Shown here in pieces: positions 1 to 10,921 of a stretch of DNA of 64,000 nt (position 1 is its first letter; each line of letters starts with the position of its first letter). This DNA comes from Chiloscyllium plagiosum (taxonomy: Eukaryota), in assembly GCF_004010195.1 (NCBI RefSeq), contig NC_057754.1, positions 7,583,546 to 7,647,545 of the forward strand, read 5' to 3'. The notes beneath the pieces are model-generated. The model did not search any database, had not been told where the DNA came from, and saw nothing but the letters and a program-made list of their open reading frames with translations. The translations under genes and the position numbers were made by a program.

Positions 1-165
1 ACATCTTTGGACTGTGGGAGGAAACCGGAGCACCCGGAGGAAACCCACGCAGACACGGGGAGAATGTGCAAACTCCACACAGTCAGTTGCCTGAGGCGGG
101 AATTGAACCCGGGTCTCTGGCGCTGTGAGGCAGCAGTGCTATCCACTGTGCCACCATGCCGCCCA
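1..165 (-). mobile_element. HE1-like tRNA-derived SINE (partial)
   Basis: A box ggtggcacagtgg and B box gggttcaattcc on the minus strand. Confidence 0.85.
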
Positions 166-522
166 CAAATGTCGGAAAAAGATAAGAGATTAATCGGACT
201 ACATAAGAAGTTAGGAGAATTTATATCAGGAAAAGTTAGGTGATAATCTGACAAGACAGAAAGCCAGGAGAAATTATATTGGGAAAAGTGGGAGAGTAAT
301 CTGACAATAGCATCATTCATAGCCACTCCTCCCTCCCCACAATGCCAGTCACACCCTATTCACTGCCCCCCCAACTCTCACACACCGCCTGCATCAATCC
401 CACCGACACCCTCTTCCCTATTCCCACACATTCTTGCACCTCATCAGTCCCACACATATCCCCAAGCAAACTTGCCATATCCTTCCGGAGTCCCATCACA
501 CTCTCCTCACATTTCAGCACAG

Positions 523-1463
523 TTGATCTGGAGGAAGGTATAGGTGGTCTGATTGGCAAGTTTGCAGATGGCATTGAGATTGGTGGAGTAGCAGGTGGTG
601 AAGGGGACTGTCAGAGAATGCAGCAGAATATAGACAGATTGGCAAGTTGGGTGGAGAAATGGCAGATGGAGTTCAATCCGGGCAAATGCGAGGTGATGCA
701 TTTTGGAAGATCCAATTCAAGAGCAAACTATACAGTAAATGGAAAAGTCTTGGGGAAAACTGATGTACAGAGAGATCTGGGTTTCCATTACATTGTTCCC
801 TGAAGGTGGCAACGCAGGTCGATAGAGTGGTCAAAAAAACATACAGCAGGCTTTCCTTCATCGGACGGGGTATTGAGTACAAGAGTTGGCAGGTCATGTT
901 GCAGTTGTATAAGACTTTAGTTCGGCCACATTTGGAATACTGCGTACAGTTCTGGCCACCATGTTACCAAAAGGATGTGGATGCTTTGGAGAGGGTGCAG
1001 AGGGGGTTCACCAGGATGTTGCCTGGTATGGAGGGCGCTGGCTGGGAGCAGAGGCTGAGTAGAATAGGAGTATTTTCATTAGAAAGACAGAGGTTGAGGG
1101 GGGTTCAGAATCATGAGAGGTACAGACAGGGTGGGTAGCAAGAAGCCTTATCCCCCAGAGTCGGGCACTCAATTACTAGGGGTCACGGGTTCAAGGTGAG
1201 GGGGAAAAAGTTTAAGGGAGATAAGCGGGGAAGGTTCTTCATGCAGAGGGTGGTGGGTACCTGGAACGCGTTGCCAGTGGAGGTGGTAGGGATGGGAACG
1301 ATAGCATCATTTAAGATGTATCCAGACCGATACATGAATGGGCAGGGAGCAGAGGGATACAGATCCTTAGAAAATAGGCAACAGGTTTAGAGAGAGGATC
1401 TGGATTGGCGCAGGCTTGGAGGGGCCGAAGGGCCTGTTCCTGTGCTGGAATGTTCTTTGTTCT
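523..1463 (+). mobile_element. CR1-clade LINE 3' fragment (decayed RT C-terminus plus tail)
   Basis: Peptides KFADG, WQMEFNPGKCEVMHFG and YKTLVRPHLEYCVQFW; tail gggccgaagggcctgttcc; frameshifted. Confidence 0.9.
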
Positions 1464-1588
1464 AATTCCAGTGTACCCCAGTGAAGGCCTAGCTGCAGTG
1501 GGGAAGTAATTACCCTGAGTGTGGTGTATGTGTTGGGCTGCACTGAGGGGCTCTGGCTCGGCTGCCTCCCCTCCTACCTCCCACTCAC

Positions 1589-1748
1589 TCCTGGTCGGGG
1601 GCTGGGAGTACCGCCTGGACTCTGGTGATTGGCTGGGAAGCCACTCTGGGGTCCTGCCCTCTCCTGAGGGCAGGGGGATGAGTGGGGCAGGCAGACTGCA
1701 GGGATCCTGAGGAGCACCGAGTTCCAGAGGGCGGGAAACCTCTCCATC
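1589..1748 (-). CDS. SNX15: SNX15 exon 5 (DGEVSRPLELGAPQDPCSLPAPLIPLP...); 3' boundary uncertain
   Basis: Pyrimidine tract plus cag at 1749-1751; GEV.RPLE...LP.PLIP resembles SNX15. Donor is gtgagt after 1589, or an in-frame alternative gtaatt after 1514. The gene continues left of the window. Confidence 0.75.
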
Positions 1749-1842
1749 CTGGAGAAAGAGGAGGCAGACAGACAGTGAGGACCACTACACCAGCCACACT
1801 CGCAAAGCTGCCTCCCTCACCCTGCTAGTTCCCTTAACCCTG

Positions 1843-2047
1843 CCCCTTCCCATAACCCCACCCCTTCCCATAACCCCACCCCTTCCCATAACCCCAACCC
1901 CTCCCATAACCCCACCCCTTCCCATAACCCCACCCCTTCCCATAACCCCACCCCTTCCCATAACCCCACCCCTTCCCATAACCCCACCCCTTCCCATAAC
2001 CCCACCCCTTCCCATAACCCCACCCCTTCCCATAACCCCACCCCTCC
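1843..2047. repeat. 18-bp minisatellite (CCCCTTCCCATAACCCCA) x ~11
   Basis: Near-perfect tandem copies read directly. Confidence 0.95.
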
Positions 2048-2358
2048 CCCATTCATGACCCTTTCCATCCCCCTCCCCACCCTCCTTCTCACTGGCACCA
2101 TACCCTCTCCTTTGCCTTCAGCTGTTCTGCTGTTCCTCTGCCTCACTCCCTCCCCACCTTTGCCTCATCCCTTCTTCCCTCACCTCAGGAAATCCCCCTC
2201 AGCTCCCTCACTCCACCTGACAGGCCTTTGGTGCCCTATTGTTATGCAAACGTGCTGTTTGCACAGAGACACAAGTCTCTCCAGGGGCAGCCGAGAGGAG
2301 GAGGACCTTGTTTTGAGTTGGGGGAAGGTGGGGGGAGTGGAGGCAGGCAGGCACATAC

Positions 2359-2474
2359 CTTGAAGAAGTCCTTCAGCTGTGGGCTGTTGCTCAGGGCGGG
2401 GATGTTTATGGTAAACTGCAGCATCTCCTCAGCACACCGACGTCTCTCCTCGATAACAGCCTCTTCAAAACGTC
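2359..2474 (-). CDS. SNX15: SNX15 exon 4 (RFEEAVIEERRRCAEEMLQFTINIPALSNSPQLKDFFK)
   Basis: cag acceptor and gtatgt donor, 116 nt, phase 1-0 consistent with exon 3; end of the PX domain. Confidence 0.93.
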
Positions 2475-2597
2475 CTGCAAAAGCGAGCAGAAAGAGAGGT
2501 CAGCTCCTGACCCGAGCCAGGCTCAGAGCACAGCGCACACCCATCCCAGCCAGAGCACCAGAGGCGGGGAGAGAGAGAGAGACCGAGCTAGAGCAGG

Positions 2598-3150
2598 AGC
2601 GAGTGGTTAGCACTGCTGCCTCACAGCGCCAGGGATCCGGGTTCAATTACACCCTCGGCTGACTGCGTGGAGCTTGCAGGTTCTCCTCGTGTCTGCATGT
2701 CTCCCCTCTGGTTTCCTCCCACAGTCCAAAGATGTGCAGGTTAGGGTGGGTTGGCCGTGCTAAATTGTCCCATAGTGCCCAGGGATGTGCAGGTTAGGGT
2801 GGATTGGTCGTGCTAAATTGTCCCATAGTGCCCAGGGATGTGCAGGTTAGAGTGGAGTGGCCATGCTAAACTGTCCCATAGTGCCCAGGGATGTGCAGGT
2901 TAGGGTGGATTGGCCGTGCTAAATTGTCCCATAGTATCAAGGGATGTGCAGGGTAGGGTGGATTGGCCATGCTAAATTGTCCCATAGTGCCCAGGGATGT
3001 GCAGGGTAGGGTGGATTGGCCGTGGTAAATTGTCCCAGGGATGTGCAGTGCTAGGTAGGTTAGCCATGGGAAATGCAATATTACAGGGATAGGGTAGAAG
3101 GGTGCGTCTGAGGGATGCCCTTTGGCAGGTCAGTGTGGACTCAATGGACC
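2598..3150 (+). mobile_element. HE1-like SINE with an internal 53-bp unit amplified ~6x
   Basis: A/B boxes at ~2600-2650; unit starts at 2731, 2784, 2837, 2890, 2943 and 2996. Confidence 0.9.
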
Positions 3151-4303
3151 GTCACTGTCACCTCTGGAATGCAGCTCTTTTGTCCATGTTTGCCCCAAGG
3201 CTGTGATGAGGTCAGGAGCTGAGTGGCCCTGGGGGATCCCAAACTGGGCGTCACTGAGGGATGCTGCTTGATAGCCCTGTCGGTGGCCTGTTCCATCACC
3301 TTACTGACCATCAAGAGGAGAGTAATGGGGTGGTAATTGGCCGGTTAAAGTTTGTGTACAGGAAATGCCTGGGCAATCCTCCACATTGTCAAGTAAGTAC
3401 CAATGTTGTAACTACACTGGAAGAACTTGGCTGGGGGAGCAGCAGATTCGGGAGCACAAGTCTTCAGCACTACTGCCCGAATATTGTCGGGGCCCATTGC
3501 TTTTGTAATATCCAGTGTCTCCAACCATTCCAATTTATTTTTTATTTACTCATTTTGCTGGACTTGGGCGTCACTGGCTGGCCAGCATTTATTGCCCCCT
3601 TGAGAAGGTGGGGATGAGCTGCCTTCTAGAACCACTGCAGTCAGTGTGCTGTGGGCTGACCCACAATGCCCTGAGGCAGGGAATTCCAGGATTGTGACCC
3701 AGCTACAGTGAAGGAACGGCCGATATATTTCCAAGTCAGGATGCTGAGTGGATTAGAGGGGAACTTGCAGGTGATAGTGTTACCACATATCTACTGCCCT
3801 TGTCCTTCTAGATGGAAGTGGTCGTAGTTTTGGAAGGTGCTGCCTGAGGATCTTTGGTGAATTTCTGCAGCACATCTTGTAGATGGTACACACTGCTGCT
3901 ACTAAGCGTCGGTGGTGGAGGGAGTAGATGCTTAAAGATGCATTGCCAATCGAGCAGGGGCTGCTTTGTTCTGAATGGTGTTGAGCGTGAGTGTTTTTGG
4001 AGCTGTCCCCATCCAGGCAAGTGGGGAGTATTCCATCACGTTCCTGACTTGATCCTTGTAGATGGTAGACAGACTTTCAGAAGTCGGGAGGTGAGTTACT
4101 CTCCGCAGTATTCCTAGCCTCTGACCTGCTCTTGTAGCCACTGTGCTTTTGTGGTGAGTCCAGTTGAGTTCCTAGTCAATGATATCTCCCAGGATGTTGA
4201 TTATGGGGGATTCAGTGTTGGTATCACCATTGAATGTCAAGGGGCAGTGGTGAGTGTGTCTCTTATTGGTGATAGTCATAGCCTGGCATTTGTGTGGTGT
4301 GAA

Positions 4304-5765
4304 TGTTACTGAGATGCTGTCACTTGAAAAAGGTTATATTCTCCTTGGTTTGATTTGAAGAGAGGTCGTAAGGGTAGAGGTGCTGAAGGGTCTAGCTTAG
4401 CAATGGAAGGGGAGTGACCACTTCTCCCAGTTCAGGGTTTTTTCCCCCCAGTTTGTTTTAGCTGTAATAGTCACAAGATGTTGGAATCCAGGGGAGTTGC
4501 AACTCCAGTAAAGGGTTCCTCTGACTTGCTCGGACGTCTCTCTCTGGATGTTGCTCCATCCTCCTGTCAGAATCTGTGTTTGAATTTCACTTTTTGCCAA
4601 GAGATGTGTTTATGGGATGTTACTGTTTTGGGACAGTTAATTAGTAATACTGTATCAGGTCAGTTTTTTCTAATAGTTAATTTATTCTGAATAACGTTTT
4701 CTTTTATTTGTTATCCTACTGTAGTGTTTAAATAAATTCTGTTTTGCTTAAAGCCGAGTGGTTCGACCAGCTGCATCACACTTCATATAGAGTCATAGAG
4801 ATGTACAGCACTGAAACAGACCCTTCGGTCCAACCCGTCCATGCTGACCAGATATCCCAACCCAATCTAGTCCCACCTGCCAGCCCCCGGCCCATATCCC
4901 TCCAAACCCTTCCTGTTCATATACCCATCCAGATGCCTTTTAAATNNNNNNNNNNNNNNNNNNNNNNNNNNNNNNNNNNNNNNNNNNNNNNNNNNNNNNN
5001 NNNNNNNNNNNNNNNNNNNNNNNNNNNNNNNNNNNNNNNNNNNNNNNNNNNNNNNNNNNNNNNNNNNNNNNNNNNNNNNNNNNNNNNNNNNNNNNNNNNN
5101 NNNNNNNNNNNNNNNNNNNNNNNNNNNNNNNNNNNNNNNNNNNNNNNNNNNNNNNNNNNNNNNNNNNNNNNNNNNNNNNNNNNNNNNNNNNNNNNNNNNN
5201 NNNNNNNNNNNNNNNNNNNNNNNNNNNNNNNNNNNNNNNNNNNNNNNNNNNNNNNNNNNNNNNNNNNNNNNNNNNNNNNNNNNNNNNNNNNNNNNNNNNN
5301 NNNNNNNNNNNNNNNNNNNNNNNNNNNNNNNNNNNNNNNNNNNNNNNNNNNNNNNNNNNNNNNNNNNNNNNNNNNNNNNNNNNNNNNCATTTATCTGAAT
5401 TAAACTCCATCTGCCACTTCTCAGCCCATTGGCCCATCTGGTCCAGATCCTGTTGTAATCTGAGGTAACCCTCTTCACTGTCCACTACACCTCAATTTTG
5501 GTGTCATCAGCAAACTTACTAACTGTACCTCTTAAACTCACATCCAAATCATTTATGTAAATGACAAAAAGTAGAGGACCCAGCACTGATCTTTGTGGCA
5601 CTCCACTGATCACAGGCCTCCAGTCTGAAAAACAACCCTCCACCACCACCCTCTGTCTTCTACCTTTGAGCCACTTCTGTATCCAATCTACCCTTAAAAT
5701 AAGAAAACGTTAGGGTCTAGACTACCTTAAAATATTTTCAGGGGGTCTGGCCTGGTCCAAAAACA
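4304..5765 (+). mobile_element. Solo-LTR-like element interrupted by a CR1 fragment (~4786-5690, minus)
   Basis: TG...CA ends and an internal AATAAA at ~4731; host LINE sequence resumes at 5766. Confidence 0.55.
4946..5387. other. Assembly gap
   Basis: N run. Confidence 1.
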
Positions 5766-6554
5766 CCCAAGTCTGGATATTGTTCAGATCCTGCTGCATT
5801 TGAACACAGGCTGCCTCAGTGTCTGAGCAGTTGCAAGTGGTGCTGAACATTATGCACTCATCAGCACACACCACCACATCTGACATTAGGATAGAGGGAG
5901 GGTCATTGATGAAGCAGCTGAAGATGGTTGGGCCGAGGACACTCCCCTGAGGGACTCCTGCAGAGATGTCCTGGAGCTGAGATGACTGACCCTCCAACAA
6001 CCACGAACATCTTCCTACATGTCCAACCAGCAGAGAGTTTGCCCCCGATATCCAGATGTGCCAGGGCTCCTTGATGTCACACCCGGTCGAATGCAGCCTC
6101 GATGCCAAGGGCTGTCACTCCCCTCTCCCCTCTGGAATTCAGCTCTTTTGTCCACATTTGAACCAAGGCTGTGATCAGGAGCTGAGTGGCCCTGGAAGAA
6201 CCCAAACTGGGCGTCACTGAGCAGGTTATTGCTGAACGGGTGCTGCTTGATAGCCCTGTTGATGACACCTTCCATCACTTTCCTGATGATCGACGGCAGA
6301 CTGAGGGGGTGATAATTGGCCGGGACATATCTGGGCAATTTTCCACATTGTCGGATAGATACCAGTGTTGGAACAGTACTGGTACAGCTTGTGAAGCGAA
6401 TTGGCCAAAGACTGGCATCTTTAAGCTGGGTGACCTCTGTAGGAAGCCAAGATGGATCACCCACTCAACAAAGGTGGATACAAATGTCTCAGCCTGGGTT
6501 TGTCTTTTGCACAGAAGCACTGGGCTCCCCCTTTGCTTGCAGGTCACCTGTTCC

Positions 6555-7075
6555 CGTATGTGCCAAAGCATTCCAGAGACCTTTTCTGGAGTACTGTGTC
6601 CAGTTCTGGCCTCCCTGTTATAGGAAGGATATTCTGGAGGCGGTTCAGAAGAGATTTATCAGTGTGTTGCTGGGAATGGAGGATTTGAGTTATAAGGAGA
6701 GGCTGGGACTTGTTTCGCTGGAGCATAGGAGTTCGAGAGGTGACCTTACAGAGGTTTATAAAATCATGAGGGGCATGGATAAGGTGAACGGCAGGTGTCT
6801 TTTCCCTCGGTCGAGGAATTTCAGGACCTGGGCCATATTTTTAAGGCAAGACAAGAAAGATTTAAAGAAGACATGGGGGGGGATACTTTTTTTTTTTACA
6901 CAGAGGGTGGTTTGTATGTGGAATGTTTATAAGACACTTAGATAAGTTCATGGAGAAGAAATGTTTGGAGGGATATGGGCCAGGAGCACGCAGGTGGGGG
7001 GACTAGTTTAGTTGGGGATTATGATCGGCACAGATTGGTTGGGCCGAAGGATCTGTATCCATGCTGTATTACTCT
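6555..7075 (+). mobile_element. CR1 LINE 3' fragment
   Basis: LEYCVQFWPPCYRKD peptide and CR1 tail. Confidence 0.85.
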
Positions 7076-7120
7076 GTCAGAAAGTGGGAAGCAAATGTTT
7101 AACCGTTCTTGGGGTCTTAC

Positions 7121-7241
7121 CAAACACCTGAGCCCTGGGGAAGGCAGGGAACTCTTCGGACTTCCTGAACAAGTTCCGGTGAATGTAGGACAGCTCTGCG
7201 TGAAGCTTTTTGAAGTCACTGTAACGTTTGTAGACTGTTAT
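7121..7241 (-). CDS. SNX15: SNX15 exon 3, PX domain core (ITVYKRYSDFKKLHAELSYIHRNLFRKSEEFPAFPRAQVFG)
   Basis: cag acceptor and gtaaga donor, 121 nt, phase 0-1; PX motif KRYSDF..LH and the SNX15-like EEFPAFPRAQVFG. Confidence 0.95.
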
Positions 7242-8426
7242 CTGTATGTAGCAGAGGATAAGAGTGGTGAAGCTGCACAACGGGAAAATCATATTTATCC
7301 GTCGAGAGAATGTGAGCGCACAAGTGCAAAACAGATCTGGTGCAACCACACTTCACTGTTGCTGGGATAGGAGGCTCTGCAACTATTTCAGTGAGGGATT
7401 CACGCATCACGCAGAAGCTCCCAGGATCCGGAAATCGAAAAGTCCCGTCGCAAACGCATGTGTTTCTGGTCAGAACTAGGAAGTCTGGAAATAGTGCACG
7501 TCCACTCCATTCGAGATAGCTTCTATCTCGGGGGTTGGGGAGGGGGGGGGGGCGTGCAGTATACATTACCTGGGATCGAAGGGTTAAATCAGGAGGAGAA
7601 GGGCCAGAGTCCTGGAGATTCTGACAAAAGGTGTCTTCCCCACTGTTACTAGGCTGCTGAATGGGCCTCTCAGATTTCAAATTTCATATTGATCTCGCTT
7701 TTGTCCACCTCCTGTACAGCCGTAACCCTGTATGACTCATTCTATTCAAACATGATGGAACATAAAACAAACCTTTTCACTGTACTCAGCTACATGATAA
7801 CAGTAATTCAAATACAAATCAAAACGTTTGACTGCTTCACTCTCTGATAATTCCAGCCCTTTGCATTTACATTTACATTGTGCAGATGATGGACTCCCTG
7901 CAGTGTGGAACCAGGCCATTCGGCCCAACAAGTCCACACCTACCCTCAGGAGAGTATCCCACCAGACCCATTCCCCTACCCTCCAGCTCCACATTTCCCC
8001 TGATGGGGGAAATTCAATCGAGGGGGTTTTAGATGCTAAAAGGATTCAAAAGTATCGATAGAGAGAAGCTACACCATGGGAGCAGAACAAGATGAGAGCT
8101 GGAGCGAGGGAAATCCAGGATGAGGTTGGGCAGGAGGTGGGCGGGGGGGGGTGGTGGATGGAGTCAGGACTTCAAAACTGACAGCTGAAACCATTCTGGG
8201 AATGTCATGAAGCAGAGGGGAGGGGGAAGTCTGGAATCCTCTCACTGAAGTAGAAAGTGGGCGAGGACTCGGCTGTGGAACTGAGCTCTGCGGATTGTGG
8301 GTGGCAGTAGGGTTGTGAGCTGGTGACACAGACCAGGCCCGAGGGGCTGAACACGGCCCGCCTCTCAGGCTGAAAACTTTACCAGCCCATCCGCTGTCCG
8401 ACTCGAATCCTTGCAACTGCGCTTAC

Positions 8427-8459
8427 CTCTTTGACGTCTGCAGTCTTCTTAGAGAAGAT
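8427..8459 (-). CDS. SNX15: SNX15 exon 2, 33-nt micro-exon (IFSKKTADVKE)
   Basis: cag acceptor and gtaagc donor, phase 0-0; resembles the SNX15 segment FISKK..EDVKE. Confidence 0.85.
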
Positions 8460-8757
8460 CTGGAGTTGGGGGGGGGCCGGAAGAGAACAAAGAGCACAGG
8501 TCACAGAGGGGTCATGGAGGAGTCAATGCGCTTGCTGACGCATCCCCTGAACGGTGGTGCCGACCCGACCAGCTGTGAGGAATCACAGACCCTGCTAGAC
8601 ATGCCCCTTCATTAAGGTTCCCACTCCACGCCCTGTGTCTCAGTCACATTGAACCTCAGTGGGGCACTGTCCCTGGCACTTGCAATAGATCAGACCTGAA
8701 TCAAGCCCACCCACCTCCCCCCCACACACCTCCCCCCCACACACATGCGCGCACACA

Positions 8758-9645
8758 NNNNNNNNNNNNNNNNNNNNNNNNNNNNNNNNNNNNNNNNNNN
8801 NNNNNNNNNNNNNNNNNNNNNNNNNNNNNNNNNNNNNNNNNNNNNNNNNNNNNNNNNNNNNNNNNNNNNNNNNNNNNNNNNNNNNNNNNNNNNNNNNNNN
8901 NNNNNNNNNNNNNNNNNNNNNNNNNNNNNNNNNNNNNNNNNNNNNNNNNNNNNNNNNNNNNNNNNNNNNNNNNNNNNNNNNNNNNNNNNNNNNNNNNNNN
9001 NNNNNNNNNNNNNNNNNNNNNNNNNNNNNNNNNNNNNNNNNNNNNNNNNNNNNNNNNNNNNNNNNNNNNNNNNNNNNNNNNNNNNNNNNNNNNNNNNNNN
9101 NNNNNNNNNNNNNNNNNNNNNNNNNNNNNNNNNNNNNNNNNNNNNNNNNNNNNNNNNNNNNNNNNNNNNNNNNNNNNNNNNNNNNNNNNNNNNNNNNNNN
9201 NNNNNNNNNNNNNNNNNNNNNNNNNNNNNNNNNNNNNNNNNNNNNNNNNNNNNNNNNNNNNNNNNNNNNNNNNNNNNNNNNNNNNNNNNNNNNNNNNNNN
9301 NNNNNNNNNNNNNNNNNNNNNNNNNNNNNNNNNNNNNNNNNNNNNNNNNNNNNNNNNNNNNNNNNNNNNNNNNNNNNNNNNNNNNNNNNNNNNNNNNNNN
9401 NNNNNNNNNNNNNNNNNNNNNNNNNNNNNNNNNNNNNNNNNNNNNNNNNNNNNNNNNNNNNNNNNNNNNNNNNNNNNNNNNNNNNNNNNNNNNNNNNNNN
9501 NNNNNNNNNNNNNNNNNNNNNNNNNNNNNNNNNNNNNNNNNNNNNNNNNNNNNNNNNNNNNNNNNNNNNNNNNNNNNNNNNNNNNNNNNNNNNNNNNNNN
9601 NNNNNNNNNNNNNNNNNNNNNNNNNNNNNNNNNNNNNNNNNNNNN
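8758..9645. other. Assembly gap (SNX15 intron 1)
   Basis: N run. Confidence 1.
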
Positions 9646-9759
9646 TGACTGGGTGGTGAAGGGTCAGGGTGGGGCAAGGGTCAGTGGGGTGAGGGGTCAG
9701 GGCGGGGTGAGGGGTCAGGGTAATGACGGGGAGAGGGCGGCTCTCCTCCCCTCCCTTAC

Positions 9760-9858
9760 CGTGACAGTGACCCGGTACTCGGTAAAGCCGTGCGGGTTTT
9801 GCCGCGGATCCGACACTCGATAATGGATGTCGTCCGCCTTTCCCCTTCTCCATGACAT
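9760..9858 (-). CDS. SNX15: Sorting nexin-15, coding exon 1 (MSWRRGKADDIHYRVSDPRQNPHGFTEYRVTVT)
   Basis: ATG at 9858; 99 nt followed by a gtaagg donor. The peptide matches the start of the SNX15 PX domain (Y.VSDPR..P.G.TEY.VT). Lies next to a CpG island and adjacent to ARL2, as in human. Confidence 0.92.
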
Positions 9859-9859
9859 C

Positions 9860-9990
9860 CTGTCTATACACCAGCGGCGCGCAGGCGCACAGCTGTCCCG
9901 CCCACCGCCGTTGGAGCGCAGGCGCAGCGCCGTCTCCGCCCACCACTGCTCGGGCGCCTGCGCAAAACTAACCCCGCCCACAGCCACGAG
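9860..9990 (-). promoter_or_regulatory. SNX15 CpG-island promoter/5'UTR with NRF1-like motifs
   Basis: CpG-dense; three GCGCAGGCGC-type motifs (~9878, ~9916, and ~9955 on the opposite strand); GC boxes. Confidence 0.7.
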
Positions 9991-10921
9991 GGTCAATTTT
10001 CCAACCTTGCACTGGACTCACAGTCATAGAGATGTACAGCATCAGTTCTCTCATTCCCAATAACATGTTTGTCCAATTTAATGACAATAAATACGCAGGG
10101 TGACTTTCAATTTAGCTGCTCAACCAACCACCCCTTTACAGAGACGACAAAACCTCCCATTTCTGTAGTTCCTTTCTTTGGAAGTTATGTCAATTTAGGG
10201 ATACACATTGAGTCCAGGGACAGCCACTGGCCCTGGCATCTTGTCCACATACCTGCAAGGTTTAACATTTCAATGTTTAAACCTGTTTCACATTTCTCAT
10301 TAAAGGCAGCACCTTCGATGATGCAGCATCTACTCAACCTGCATTCCCATTCCAAGGGATTAAAGACTTTACAGCAATCTCGGTTTGTTCATCTCATCAG
10401 TCGTATGACACTTTGATCTTTTTCTATAAATTCTGTGTCCTATGATCCTGCCCCACTAGCTACTTGATGAAGCAGCACTCTGAAAGCTTGTACTTTCAAA
10501 TAAACCTGTTGGACTATAACGTGGTGTTGTGTGATTTTTAAACTTTGTTCACCCCAGTGCAACACCGGCACCCCCATATCGTGCCTACTCAATCCTGGCA
10601 GTGTAAAAGTGGACGTTGCAAATCTGAAATAAGAGGAAAAAAAACTGCTGTCCAAACACAGGTCAGCCTGGCAATGTTTGAGGAAGGAAACAGGGTTAAC
10701 ATCAAGGTCAATCAAAGATCATTATATTGGATTACACTTAAGTCTCTGTGGTTCAGTTTGAATCCACAATCGTACAATTTGGAGAAAAAGAATGCGATTG
10801 AGGGAGCTATGAGCAACGGGTGCAAGGAGCAGAGTCCTGGAGATAGTTGATGAAGATATCTTCAAAGGCTGGTCATTCTGACAGAGCAAGCTCAATGTGA
10901 CCAAGGGCTGAGAGTACAATT

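Larger units (their letters stand above)
3150..6430 (-). mobile_element. Second non-LTR (CR1-like clade) LINE family, decayed RT fragments with nested insertions
   Basis: Peptides MGPDNI..VLKTCAPE, GVPQGSVLGPTIFSCFIND and LSTIYK.QVR.VMEY; element 3' end at ~3535. Confidence 0.8.
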
